Shown here: in pieces, positions 33,101 through 40,990 of the stretch
Numbering within the stretch: the stretch's first letter is position 1
Layout: every line of letters starts with the position of its first letter
NCBI GenBank assembly: GCA_022563395.1
Contig: JADFNM010000001.1
Location: 334,342-398,341 of the forward strand
Direction: 5' to 3'
Source of the DNA: Patescibacteria group bacterium
Lineage (GTDB): Bacteria > Patescibacteriota > Minisyncoccia > Minisyncoccales > UBA10102
DNA length: 64,000 nt
The notes under the pieces: generated by a model
What the model saw: only the letters and a program-made list of their open reading frames with translations
Database searches by the model: none
Told to the model about the DNA's origin: nothing
Position numbers and translations under genes: made by a program

Positions 33101-33904
33101 CGTAGTAGTGGAGCATGCGGCGCCCGTACAAGAAGTGCCGTCCACAGAAAAAGCGGTAATGTTGGGAGCAATGAGGTCTATCGTGACAATCTGCTCTTTG
33201 GTAATTTCCGTATTCCCTGCGGTATCCAAAGAGCGGAAACGCACGATGTGCGTGCCGCTGGTCGTCAGGTCAAAGGGGACGCTGTAGGTCAGGCTGGGTA
33301 CGCAGGCACTCCCTATACAATATTGCGTGATGTCGCAGCCTGAATGCGGGTCGGCGCAAGAGAGGGAAACGGAAACTGTCTCTGCGTACCACGTGCCCAG
33401 ACAAGAGACAGAGTTACAGGCAATGTTCGTGGTTGGGGCTTGATAGTCGACGTTGAAGTTCGGCGCTGCCACATTACAGAACGCAAAATCGTCTGGGCAC
33501 TGTGTTACATTCCCGGCATTGTCTTCTGCACGAAGGTCAAGCTGACATTTTGAACTTCCTTGCCCATCCTCTGCACAATAGCCAGTATCTCCTACGGTAA
33601 CAGTCACGGTTAAGGTGACAGATTCGCCCTCGCACGTTCCCGTTGCGTTCAGCCACGCTGTCGTCCATCCTGGCAAATCAACGTTCCAGAGGCGGTATTG
33701 ACATTCTTCGAGACCGGAGCCGCCTGTATCTTCGTAGACCACCTGGCAAGTAAAGTCCGCAGTTTTCCATCCAGACCCCGCTGCCTGGCTGCACAGATGC
33801 GAAATTGCACCTACGTTATAGGCAAACCCAAACAAAAACACAAAAACCACCAAAACAATGGCATGTCTCTCAAGTTTTGTTAAAGCTGTAATCCTTTGCC
33901 TCAT
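30119..33904 (-). CDS. Giant membrane-anchored surface protein with PKD/Fn3/Ig-like repeats
   Basis: The track ORF starts at a GTG (34102); I prefer ATG 33904 ('MRQRITALTKLERHAIVLVVFVFLFGFAY...') or ATG 33940. C-terminal PKD signature 'WSWDFGDTATSTLQNPLHIYAVNGAYLVTFQATDDAGTCTD'. Fn3-like 'YQVQVATDAGFTNIV...YHWRVKVWD'. Internal duplication 'LKQIEVWRAWDANGDG...YWYGVHTVDNANN' / 'LQQIEVWRAFDINGNG...YWYGLHVLDNANN'. Confidence 0.75.
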   Translation of the reverse strand: MRQRITALTKLERHAIVLVVFVFLFGFAYNVGAISHLCSQAAGSGWKTADFTCQVVYEDTGGSGLEECQYRLWNVDLPGWTTAWLNATGTCEGESVTLTVTVTVGDTGYCAEDGQGSSKCQLDLRAEDNAGNVTQCPDDFAFCNVAAPNFNVDYQAPTTNIACNSVSCLGTWYAETVSVSLSCADPHSGCDITQYCIGSACVPSLTYSVPFDLTTSGTHIVRFRSLDTAGNTEITKEQIVTIDLIAPNITAFSVDGTSCTGAACSTTTVIINGDPSIAWTTLDTGESHLKQIEVWRAWDANGDGILQGSEWDDSSPTAGTQPNPVFTKTTGFDTLDTDDDVFINSGLPEGTYWYGVHTVDNANNCIDEATAHCGGVSSDSLDPSRTVRGPIKLIKDITPPNTTITSNPPNPSFSSSASFSFTSTESGTFECQLDGGGFSSCTSPKNYSGLSEASHTFDVQATDLAGNTDPTPASYTWNIILNQAPTISTVSDTPDPIKAAAQITFTANWSDPDGDSVTFYVCKNNTTPSGGDCSGGAVNRWCRNTTPVPSGTDATCNPTYTTQAADEGTNNYFAFVCDTSDLCSSSSSGAFLVDATDPSISIFTATPAFPAWINNAAPNGTVSWSVSDAGGSNLQQIEVWRAFDINGNGVLDTVSPNEWDDPGNEESNPISTKTTGFTTLSTDTDSYIDTNLLATASYWYGLHVLDNANNPTVESTPQRIQVDKQNPTAVVTDPAPGTWYRDNFTATFDDSDLGSGLAASCEYEFIGLNPGGPDTTSGTLTRLCNLDTKTIGVGPNPEVCEFEGINRCRVRTQAFDLAGNTSGWQSFDFSVDFTDPVVGTPAPSTAQAGVSQNYSSSLSDPVGKVASCTFFWRLVGNPEWNTGGATTIIPLPCENGEACTVSVDHTFASPGSYDVSFSCTDFTLPSPGNTGWGFGVVTVDSLSVTLSAIPSSGITTTNFDLSSQVAGTASGSAGFKFDCTNDSLWEYEVTGIDLSVSDPGWVLRNGFNTRVTAPDIFAVQDLCIYASPSTYTANTQVDRGSATAQDTVSIVVTVNTAPQAINLAHNNATTDYCFVSAPDVTLSWTFSDPNPGDSQSAYQVQVATDAGFTNIVDDEGKVTSSNSEYTPVGLLYATTYHWRVKVWDSFDQQSSPEWATGPFFTTPVHAYPTTDFAWVPVFPSAEEEIQFTDQTVYDPSSTGQSWSWDFGDTATSTLQNPLHIYAVNGAYLVTFQATDDAGTCTDTNTVNVTLPFPEWQEISPF

Positions 33905-34083
33905 TAAAACAGTTTCTTTATTATATCCCTTCCGCTCCATAGAATAAAGCAACTTACCCACAGCGTGAAAGCAAGAGAAGGCATGGAGGGTCACTTTGTG
34001 CTCTTCCGCGTCGACTCCATAACGCAAGAAGGAGCCAAGATCTCCTACTTGTTCCGCTAAGTGCGAAGGCACAAAGCGGGAAA

Positions 34084-34114
34084 GGGGTCGGTTGAAACAC
34101 ACCGGCCCCTTTTT
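34084..34114 (+). terminator. GC-rich hairpin plus T-run (terminator-shaped; target transcript unclear)
   Basis: 'ggggtcgg'-'ttgaaacaca'-'ccggcccc' followed by 'tttttctttgttttt'. Lies in the divergent intergenic region, upstream of both flanking genes. Confidence 0.3.
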
Positions 34115-34145
34115 CTTTGTTTTTACCTTTACCTTGACAAGAAAA

Positions 34146-34212
34146 CTTAACGAGATTAAGTTCTCCTAAATCTCGTTTAGGACATATTCGGGAATCCTTA
34201 ATTTCATTTAGG
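34146..34212. repeat. REP-like units inside the GC-rich block
   Basis: 'cttaacgagattaag' (34146-34160), 'cctaaatctcgtttagg' (34165-34181), 'ccttaatttcatttagg' (34196-34212). Confidence 0.75.
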
Positions 34213-34226
34213 AAATATGCGAAAGG

Positions 34227-34255
34227 TTGACAAACCTACTTTTGGAGGGTATAAT
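34227..34255 (+). promoter_or_regulatory. Consensus sigma70-type promoter
   Basis: TTGACA (34227-34232), a 17-nt spacer, then TATAAT (34250-34255). Followed by the Shine-Dalgarno 'AAGGAGGTG' 7 nt before the ATG at 34321. Confidence 0.7.
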
Positions 34256-34320
34256 ATAGGCAGATCCTGAACAAGTGAATATTCGCGAGTTTGGGATACT
34301 CAAAGAAAGGAGGTGCCGAA

Positions 34321-35085
34321 ATGGCACACGCAGAACATTCGCAGCAGGTTGCGGTGCCAAAGCGCATCTCCACGCGTTGGCCTGCAATCCTCATACCCAT
34401 AGTCCTCATGGCTTTTCTTCTGGGCTTGGGGGCACTGATCGTCCTGAACATTGGTTCTGCAGGGGAGACTTCCTCGCAGACAGAGACAGTGGATACTGCT
34501 CCGGCAGTGACGGAGAGCGAACCAGCTCAAAACCTTGAGCCGGGAATGTCTGCGCCTGCTACACCCATAATCTCCCTCCAAGAGGTAGACTGGGTAGGGG
34601 TAGACCTACAGATTTTCACGTGGGATCAGATGTATCTCCGTGAAGAGAAAGAGGAATGGCTCCGTGAAAATGTCTACCCGAAGATTCAGCGAGATCCCTG
34701 GTTCTTAAAGCCCGGCGCCAAAGAAGGTTTCCCTGCGGGGTTCGTCTCGCTGTATGCCGATGGCAATGTCTGGTTTGCCTCAGTAATAGACCTGACATGT
34801 CTTCAAAACTGCGTTCGTCCTGCTGACCTCGTTGGAACCCAGAGGGATATAGTGACTCGCTTCACCTATCGGCTTCTTGCTTCGCTTGACGCAGGAGAAA
34901 CGTGGATGGAGTTCGTACCACCCTCTCAGTACCACCAAGACAACCTTCCCCTGGCAGGAGAGGGTTACACCATAGGAGTGCGGGACAACGGGGAAACAGC
35001 AAGCTTCTACATCGGCATCCAGGAACCCGGCAAAGGTTCCGTGTACCGAGAATACCAGGCCACGATACCCAAGAGCCCTTCCTAG
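34321..35085 (+). CDS. Membrane-anchored hypothetical protein
   Basis: ATG at 34321 with a strong SD; the track start at 34291 is TTG. TM segment 'WPAILIPIVLMAFLLGLGALIVL', an acidic Ser/Thr/Pro linker, then a ~170-aa domain with no motif I recognise. Confidence 0.75.
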   Translation: MAHAEHSQQVAVPKRISTRWPAILIPIVLMAFLLGLGALIVLNIGSAGETSSQTETVDTAPAVTESEPAQNLEPGMSAPATPIISLQEVDWVGVDLQIFTWDQMYLREEKEEWLRENVYPKIQRDPWFLKPGAKEGFPAGFVSLYADGNVWFASVIDLTCLQNCVRPADLVGTQRDIVTRFTYRLLASLDAGETWMEFVPPSQYHQDNLPLAGEGYTIGVRDNGETASFYIGIQEPGKGSVYREYQATIPKSPS

Positions 35086-35134
35086 AGAGAAATCTCAAAG
35101 GAGGGCTTCTTTTTATTTTTCAAGATTATTACTT

Positions 35135-38100
35135 TTACTGAGGGGGCGTATAATCCACCCCAAATTGGAAATAGTTAATGTCATCATGAGTATCAGGAAA
35201 ATCAATATAGCTTTGCTCGTCACTAGGGGCAATACGTATAGCGACCTCCTCGTTCGCCGCAGCATCAACAGCGTAGGCCTCAAGGGTACAGTTGTTGTTC
35301 TCTTCGGTTCTGCAATCCCCCGTAGGGCCCACGGTGAAGGTGAAGATTTTGGTGGTGATGGTGCCGCTGCAGGCAACCTCTTGTTCTTGTGTGCCGAAAA
35401 TTTGATCGGTGATACGCAACCTGCAGAGAGAAAGCCCACCAGCATCTTTGTATTTCACGCTTACAGAATAGATGCGGTTTGTTCCGTCGTCTTTTGCCCG
35501 GATAAAGGCGCATATCTGTCCAGCAGTACAACTCCCCAGAGGAGCTATGCTTCCATCTCGGTACCCGATTGCCTGCCCTGAGTCAGGAGAAGAAATGCTC
35601 ATAATCTTTGCTTCACTGGGGGCGACACTGTCAATGCAGGTATTCAGCGGGAAGTTTGCTGTTTGGCCGAGGTTGCATGTTTGAGTCGTGGACACCGCAT
35701 CGGTGTTCGCACTACCGCTTCCCGGGGTGCAGTGAGCATCTGTAATACATTCCACAAGGTTATGGTTAGTCCCCCATAAACCCTCCACTCTTCCGTTTGC
35801 TGCGCTGTCAGAATACAAAGCGTCCACAGAGTAGAAAACATCGCTCGAGAGCACGGGGTGAGTATCTATATACTGATCCTCCCCCACAGCAGAGAGGCCT
35901 AAAATCGAATCCGCTTCAACAAATCTGCAGTATCTTTCGCTTGGCGGAATAAGGAGGTCGTACCCCCATCTCATATCCTCCGTGCTATCCTGAGATACAA
36001 ATGAAGAGGTAGTCCAGAAATTCCATTGCGTTGGGGAGGGATCCTCCCAATCTGTCCACCATTTAAGAGCAGGGCCGCAATCTCCCGCACCAGGTGCATC
36101 CTCATCCATTTCAATACTGGAAGAGAATGCCACACCCCCTCCGCGGGGTATTTGCGGGGTACTGCTTGTACGCTCGTAAGAAAGCGAGCCACCGCCTGTA
36201 ACATTAATTCCTTTATGAGTAATGAGAAGAGGACAGGTTTTTGGTGCTCCGGCAGTTATTATCGACACGTTAAACGTATCCTCTTTGGGGCTTGAGGTCT
36301 TCTGGCAAGTACTAACACTTACCCCCACGATGTCGGACTGCTCCCCGTCGTCGTCTGTCCCATTTAGAGGACTGCTCAAATCAATCCTTGCCCAGAAATC
36401 AACCACCCCACCGCCAAACCCGATTCCCGTTGTAAATCCGATCTGGCAGTAGCCGGAACTGATGACGCAGGAACCAAACGACCCGGGCAAGTTGAATGTG
36501 TTCCAGAAGAAAACCGTCCTCCCCTCGCAAGCACCCGCACAGTACGCTTTTAACGTTAACGTCTCACCCTCTACAATAGAGGTCGGTTCAACCACAAGCC
36601 GAAGCTTTGGCGTAAACATCACCCTGGCATTGCCCGTGTTGTCATAGTACTCAAAGAGGTAGTTGAACGAGCCAACCCCAAGATTGATGCTCCCCGTTGT
36701 TGTGCGGTAACTGCCGTCTCCCCACTGGTCTGCAATTGTGACACCGCCTACGGTTAAGCGCGCCCCGTCGTCAGAACCAATCATGAATTCGTAAACGCCA
36801 GTCGTGCCCACGGTAAAGCTCCTGCTGGACTTAAAACCAACCAAATCGGATGGGCCGCCGCTGAAAGGAACTCCGGCACCCCAGTTCGTATCAAAACGCC
36901 CAGAGCTTTCACTCGACGTCCCAAGGTAATTGCAGTCAGTAAACGTTGGGCTTACGCCAGATACCGAATACCAGAGACGCTGCCAACTCGTAGAGGGATA
37001 GGTGAGAGCGGGTACCGCTATGTTCAAAGCATTGTCTGCCGTCTGACTCGCCTGATAGCTCGTATCACCCTTAAACCGCACATAAAAGCTGTTGGTGCCA
37101 AGGTAGGTTGAGCAGGACGGTGTCCAGACATACAGCCTGGTACCAGTCGCATCAGTCTGGGAGCCCGCCTCATCTGCGCCCAGCCACGTTGCCCATGTGC
37201 CGTCCGATTTCCTGAGTTCAAGCGGCTTTCCCGCAAGCCCTCCTGCGTTTCCATCTAAAAGGCGGCCTCCAACCGATACATTCTCTCCCGGAACAAGGAG
37301 GGTTTTGCTAAAAATGCAGTTGCCATAAACACATTCAACCGAGGTCGAGTCGTTTACGGTTAATGTATCAAATAGTTCATTGTTGGTTTCGTTCGACTCC
37401 GTCACGTTGCAAAGGTCGTCTACGTACATCCATATCGTCTTGCTTCCGCCGGTCGCAAACCCTCCGCTCTTCACGAGAACAAATGGTTTGGTTGCGCCTC
37501 CCGCAATGGTACCCAAGGTCTGGGCCGCAAACCAATCCGCGCTACCACACAAGGGCGGATCCGAATTATACCCCGTAATCCACCCGCCAGAAGACTCCAG
37601 GGCCCCCTGGTTTTTCACTACCACAGCGTAGCTAATATCCTCTCCGGGCAGAGGGCTTGGAGGAGTTGGAATAATGGACTGGACAATGAGGTCGGGCGGA
37701 CCTTGCCACGTAACCAAGGTGCCGGCAGAAATTGATTTAATAATGGTTGCAGCAGAATTCTCTATTTTCGCAGTGTAGCTGATGGCCGTATCGCTGTTGC
37801 TGACATCAAGCGTGCATTCTGTTCCCGAGCCGCAAGTTTTCAGTTGGGTGCTCCCATCATAGATGCGAATGAAGTAGGGGCTGAAACCAATGTTAAAGTT
37901 GCTCGTGGCAGTGAGGGTAACCGAGGTGCCGTTGGCAACCGGACCGCCCGCATCATCAGAGATGCCGGCAATCCAATCATCACCGGTTCCAGAAACAGTC
38001 CTGTTGAGCGGACCACCTTCCCCGGAGAACTCGGCCGTGCCGCTGCTGAATATCGCGGTGGTGGGCAAAAACCGTATTGTTACGTTCTGGGTCGCTGCCC

Positions 38101-40387
38101 CGCTCAGGTTATAAGTGCCGCATCCGCTGAAACAAGAAAAGGGAGCTGCCAGGCCGGAAACAATACCTGTAACCGTGAGACCCCCAGAGTTTGAAACCGT
38201 GAAGTCTTGGTTTTGCCAGCTACCAATGCCTATGGTCCCGAAGCTCAAAGACGTTGGGGTCACGGCAATCTGGGCATTCGGCTGCCACGTGATTGCCCAA
38301 GGACCAGAACTTGATTTAATAACGCTTCCAGTAGAATTCTCAATTCTCGTAGTGTAGGTCTTGGTTGTGTCGGTAAAACCTCCCACATTGACCAAGCATG
38401 TCGTTCCCGAAGCGCAAGATACCAGGAAGCTGGGCCATACGTTTGAGCCTTCGTAGATGCGAATCCAGTAGGGGCTGGTATTAACGGCGGCGTTGCTCGT
38501 ACCAGTGATGGTGACGACGGTTCCATTGAGACACGTGGCGCAAGGCGCAGCATTGAGGCCAGCAACCCAGTCTACCCCAACCCCAGAAAGCGATACGCTA
38601 TCTCCCCCTGCACCAGAGAAGTTGGCAATATCACTAAAATTCCCTGCGCTCGTGGGTGCAAAGCGCAAATTGACGTTAATACTACTACCTGCCCCAACGC
38701 TATAGTTGGTACAGTTGCTGGTACAAGAAAAGGGAGCTGCCAGGCCAGAGACGGAGCCCGAAAGCGTGCTGCCTCCGGCGTTTGACACCGTGAAGCCCAC
38801 GGTTAAACCGTCATCAACCCCAAAGGTCTCATAGTTCTTGGAGCTTGGGGTCACGGAAATCTGGGCAGGAGGATTACTAACGGTTACCGTATTTGAGGTG
38901 AACCCAGTCGTATTGTTTGACCCGTCAAACACAAAAATAGTATAAGTGTAGTCTCCAGCAGTTGATTCTGAGGTGGTGAAACTATGGTTGCAAGAGGAAG
39001 CTCCTCCGCAACTCCAAAATTCACCGGTTTTCGTGAAATTCAGCCAATCAACACCGGAATGAGAATCTGCACCGGTTGTGGGAATGGTTATCGTATCTCC
39101 TGTAAACACGCTTGTCGGGCTTGCGCTCACACTCCCTGTTGGAGAGGTATAGTCAATGGAAAAAGAGCGCGTGGAAGCCCCTCCGAATCCAAAGGAAGTG
39201 CCGCCTCCGGCCTGTTGGCTGCCGGCATCCACGGTTACCGAACATGTATTGCTTCCTTGCGTGCTGCATGAACCTCCCGAGCCTGCGGACACCGTGTCGC
39301 TGCCGTTGCATGTGCGCACCCCAAGGTCCGGGGAGGTCTGCCAGCAGGTGGTAAGCTCGGCACCTGCGGGAACAGAGTCCGAAACAGAAATCGAGAAAGA
39401 AGAATTAAACCAAGATCCTGAGGACGGAGACGTTATTGTAGAACTGGATTGGCATTCGCTGGTGTGTTGGAACCCTGCCGCACAGGAAGCGGCCAGGAAT
39501 ACCGCACCGTACTTGCCTTTAGAAGCGCTCTTAAAGTAAGGCCTCAGGATTGCAGGCGTATCCTCGTCCAGCTTAAACTCCCCCTCCTGCAAGGAAGAAA
39601 CAATGTTGAAGTTGTGCCTGATTCCACGCTGGATGGTTTCTAGTCCTTTTGCTGCGTGCTCCGGCTTGAGGCTGGGGTAATACTGCTGGAACATCGCAAT
39701 ATCCATGCCCTCCGCATACGCAAGGGCCTTTGTAACGAACCCTTCGGCCTCCTCAAAACGGTCCAACTCAATATACACGGCGGCCAGCCCCTGGTTGGCA
39801 AGGAAGCTAGAGGGGCGCTTCTCTGAAAGCTCTTGGAGAATCTCTTCTGCATCTTCAAACCTGTTTTGCAGGAACATCACGTAGGCCAGGTCATTGAGCC
39901 CCGCCTCACTGTTTGGATAAAAGCCAAGGAACGAACGAAAGTCCTGCTCAGCAAGTTTGAGCTCCTCCAAAAAGGCGTATGTAAGGCCTCTCATGTAAAA
40001 GGAGCTGGCGCTGTCTTTATGCAGGGCAATCTCTTGGTTGAATTCTCCAAGCGCCCTCTTAAGCTCATTGCCAGAGAAATAAATGCGCCCGAGCTGGTGG
40101 TGCGCCCACTGAACCGTTGGGTTCATATCCAGCGCTTGGAGGTACGCCTGCTCTGCGTTTTCAAAATCATAGCTCTCAAAGAACTCGTTCGCCGTCTCAA
40201 ACTGTTCTTGGGCCAAGGACCCTTGCACATCTGCCGCTGTCAGCACAGCTCCCGCAGTAAGCGCAAAGAAAACTGCAAGGCCGCCGGCAACCACCGTAAA
40301 AATCCCCACGTGTTTCCGTCCTAACGTTGGCATATTCTCGGCCGGAGTAATGGCGGAATTCTGTTGTGTTTTACTCGCTTTATTCAT
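35135..40387 (-). CDS. Giant membrane-anchored TPR / Ig-like / CARDB / PA14 surface protein
   Basis: ATG at 40387; the track start at 40393 is TTG. N-terminal TM 'VGIFTVVAGGLAVFFALTAGAVL'. TPR block (~residues 60-260). Two ~190-aa tandem modules ('...FTVSN(A/S)GG...GLAAPFSC...IRIY(E/D)GS...IENS...'). CARDB-like 'PDLIVQSIIPTPPSPLPGEDISYAVVVKNQG...ESNETNNE'. PA14-like 'GVYEFMIGSDDGARLTVGGVTIADQWGDG...FEYYDNTGNARV'. Confidence 0.8.
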   Translation of the reverse strand: MNKASKTQQNSAITPAENMPTLGRKHVGIFTVVAGGLAVFFALTAGAVLTAADVQGSLAQEQFETANEFFESYDFENAEQAYLQALDMNPTVQWAHHQLGRIYFSGNELKRALGEFNQEIALHKDSASSFYMRGLTYAFLEELKLAEQDFRSFLGFYPNSEAGLNDLAYVMFLQNRFEDAEEILQELSEKRPSSFLANQGLAAVYIELDRFEEAEGFVTKALAYAEGMDIAMFQQYYPSLKPEHAAKGLETIQRGIRHNFNIVSSLQEGEFKLDEDTPAILRPYFKSASKGKYGAVFLAASCAAGFQHTSECQSSSTITSPSSGSWFNSSFSISVSDSVPAGAELTTCWQTSPDLGVRTCNGSDTVSAGSGGSCSTQGSNTCSVTVDAGSQQAGGGTSFGFGGASTRSFSIDYTSPTGSVSASPTSVFTGDTITIPTTGADSHSGVDWLNFTKTGEFWSCGGASSCNHSFTTSESTAGDYTYTIFVFDGSNNTTGFTSNTVTVSNPPAQISVTPSSKNYETFGVDDGLTVGFTVSNAGGSTLSGSVSGLAAPFSCTSNCTNYSVGAGSSINVNLRFAPTSAGNFSDIANFSGAGGDSVSLSGVGVDWVAGLNAAPCATCLNGTVVTITGTSNAAVNTSPYWIRIYEGSNVWPSFLVSCASGTTCLVNVGGFTDTTKTYTTRIENSTGSVIKSSSGPWAITWQPNAQIAVTPTSLSFGTIGIGSWQNQDFTVSNSGGLTVTGIVSGLAAPFSCFSGCGTYNLSGAATQNVTIRFLPTTAIFSSGTAEFSGEGGPLNRTVSGTGDDWIAGISDDAGGPVANGTSVTLTATSNFNIGFSPYFIRIYDGSTQLKTCGSGTECTLDVSNSDTAISYTAKIENSAATIIKSISAGTLVTWQGPPDLIVQSIIPTPPSPLPGEDISYAVVVKNQGALESSGGWITGYNSDPPLCGSADWFAAQTLGTIAGGATKPFVLVKSGGFATGGSKTIWMYVDDLCNVTESNETNNELFDTLTVNDSTSVECVYGNCIFSKTLLVPGENVSVGGRLLDGNAGGLAGKPLELRKSDGTWATWLGADEAGSQTDATGTRLYVWTPSCSTYLGTNSFYVRFKGDTSYQASQTADNALNIAVPALTYPSTSWQRLWYSVSGVSPTFTDCNYLGTSSESSGRFDTNWGAGVPFSGGPSDLVGFKSSRSFTVGTTGVYEFMIGSDDGARLTVGGVTIADQWGDGSYRTTTGSINLGVGSFNYLFEYYDNTGNARVMFTPKLRLVVEPTSIVEGETLTLKAYCAGACEGRTVFFWNTFNLPGSFGSCVISSGYCQIGFTTGIGFGGGVVDFWARIDLSSPLNGTDDDGEQSDIVGVSVSTCQKTSSPKEDTFNVSIITAGAPKTCPLLITHKGINVTGGGSLSYERTSSTPQIPRGGGVAFSSSIEMDEDAPGAGDCGPALKWWTDWEDPSPTQWNFWTTSSFVSQDSTEDMRWGYDLLIPPSERYCRFVEADSILGLSAVGEDQYIDTHPVLSSDVFYSVDALYSDSAANGRVEGLWGTNHNLVECITDAHCTPGSGSANTDAVSTTQTCNLGQTANFPLNTCIDSVAPSEAKIMSISSPDSGQAIGYRDGSIAPLGSCTAGQICAFIRAKDDGTNRIYSVSVKYKDAGGLSLCRLRITDQIFGTQEQEVACSGTITTKIFTFTVGPTGDCRTEENNNCTLEAYAVDAAANEEVAIRIAPSDEQSYIDFPDTHDDINYFQFGVDYTPPQ

Positions 40388-40399
40388 AGACAATCAGAC

Positions 40400-40990
40400 C
40401 TAACCAGGCAAGAACTGAGGATAGAAGCCGCTGTAGGGAGAGAAGCCGCTGTAGGGAGAGAACTGAGGGTAGAACTGAGGGTAGAAGCCGCTGTAGGGAG
40501 AGAACTGAGGGTAGAACTGAGGATAGAAGCCGCTGTAGGGAGAGAACTGGGGGTAGAACTGCGGGTAGAACTGCGGGTAGAAGCCGGTGTAGTAGAGAGA
40601 CTGGGCATAGGGAGAGAACTGAGGGTAGAACTGCGGGTAGAAGCCGGTGTAGTAGAGAGACTGGGCATAGGGAGAGAACTGAGGGTAGAACTGCGGGTAG
40701 AAGCCGATGTAGGGCAAGAACTGAGGGTAGAACTGAGGGTAGAACTGCGGGTAGAAGCCGATGTAGGGCAAGAACTGAGGGTAGAACTGAGGGTAGAACT
40801 GAGGGTAGAACTGCGGGTAGAAGCCGGTGTAGTAGAGAGACTGGGCATAGTAGAGAGACTGGGCATAGTAGAGAGACTGGGCATAGGGAATGTCTGCTTG
40901 AACTACACCGAAAAACCCGAAAAAGAAAAGAGAGCAAAGTATTCCTACTCCTACCAAACACAATGCAAGCTTCCTTTTGCGACTAATCAT
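40400..40990 (-). CDS. Secreted low-complexity protein built from 19 FYPQ repeats
   Basis: Signal peptide 'MISRKRKLALCLVGVGILCSLFFFGFFGVVQA'. The ATG (40988-40990) overlaps the upstream TGA as ATGA. The TAG stop lies 12 nt before the next ATG. The mature part uses only D, I, P, Y, A, Q, S, L, T, G and F. Confidence 0.7.
   Translation of the reverse strand: MISRKRKLALCLVGVGILCSLFFFGFFGVVQADIPYAQSLYYAQSLYYAQSLYYTGFYPQFYPQFYPQFYPQFLPYIGFYPQFYPQFYPQFLPYIGFYPQFYPQFSPYAQSLYYTGFYPQFYPQFSPYAQSLYYTGFYPQFYPQFYPQFSPYSGFYPQFYPQFSPYSGFYPQFYPQFSPYSGFSPYSGFYPQFLPG
40409..40888. repeat. Tandem 12-nt-period DNA repeat with higher-order units
   Basis: 'gaactg(a/c/g)gggta' is iterated ~20 times. It is interspersed with 'gaagccg(c/g/a)tgtag...' blocks, and ~60-nt higher-order units are repeated exactly. 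All six frames are open across it. Confidence 0.9.

Noticed and set aside
33904-34102. N-terminal extension of the giant ORF (GTG at 34102), and a prepilin-like reading of 'MRQRITA|LTKLE' with Glu at +5.
   Set aside because: The extension has a GTG start and an implausible sequence, and it covers the hairpin region. The pilin-like reading is weakened by Lys3/Arg6/His7 in what should be the hydrophobic alpha1-N segment. A basic tail plus a single TM anchor is the simpler interpretation.
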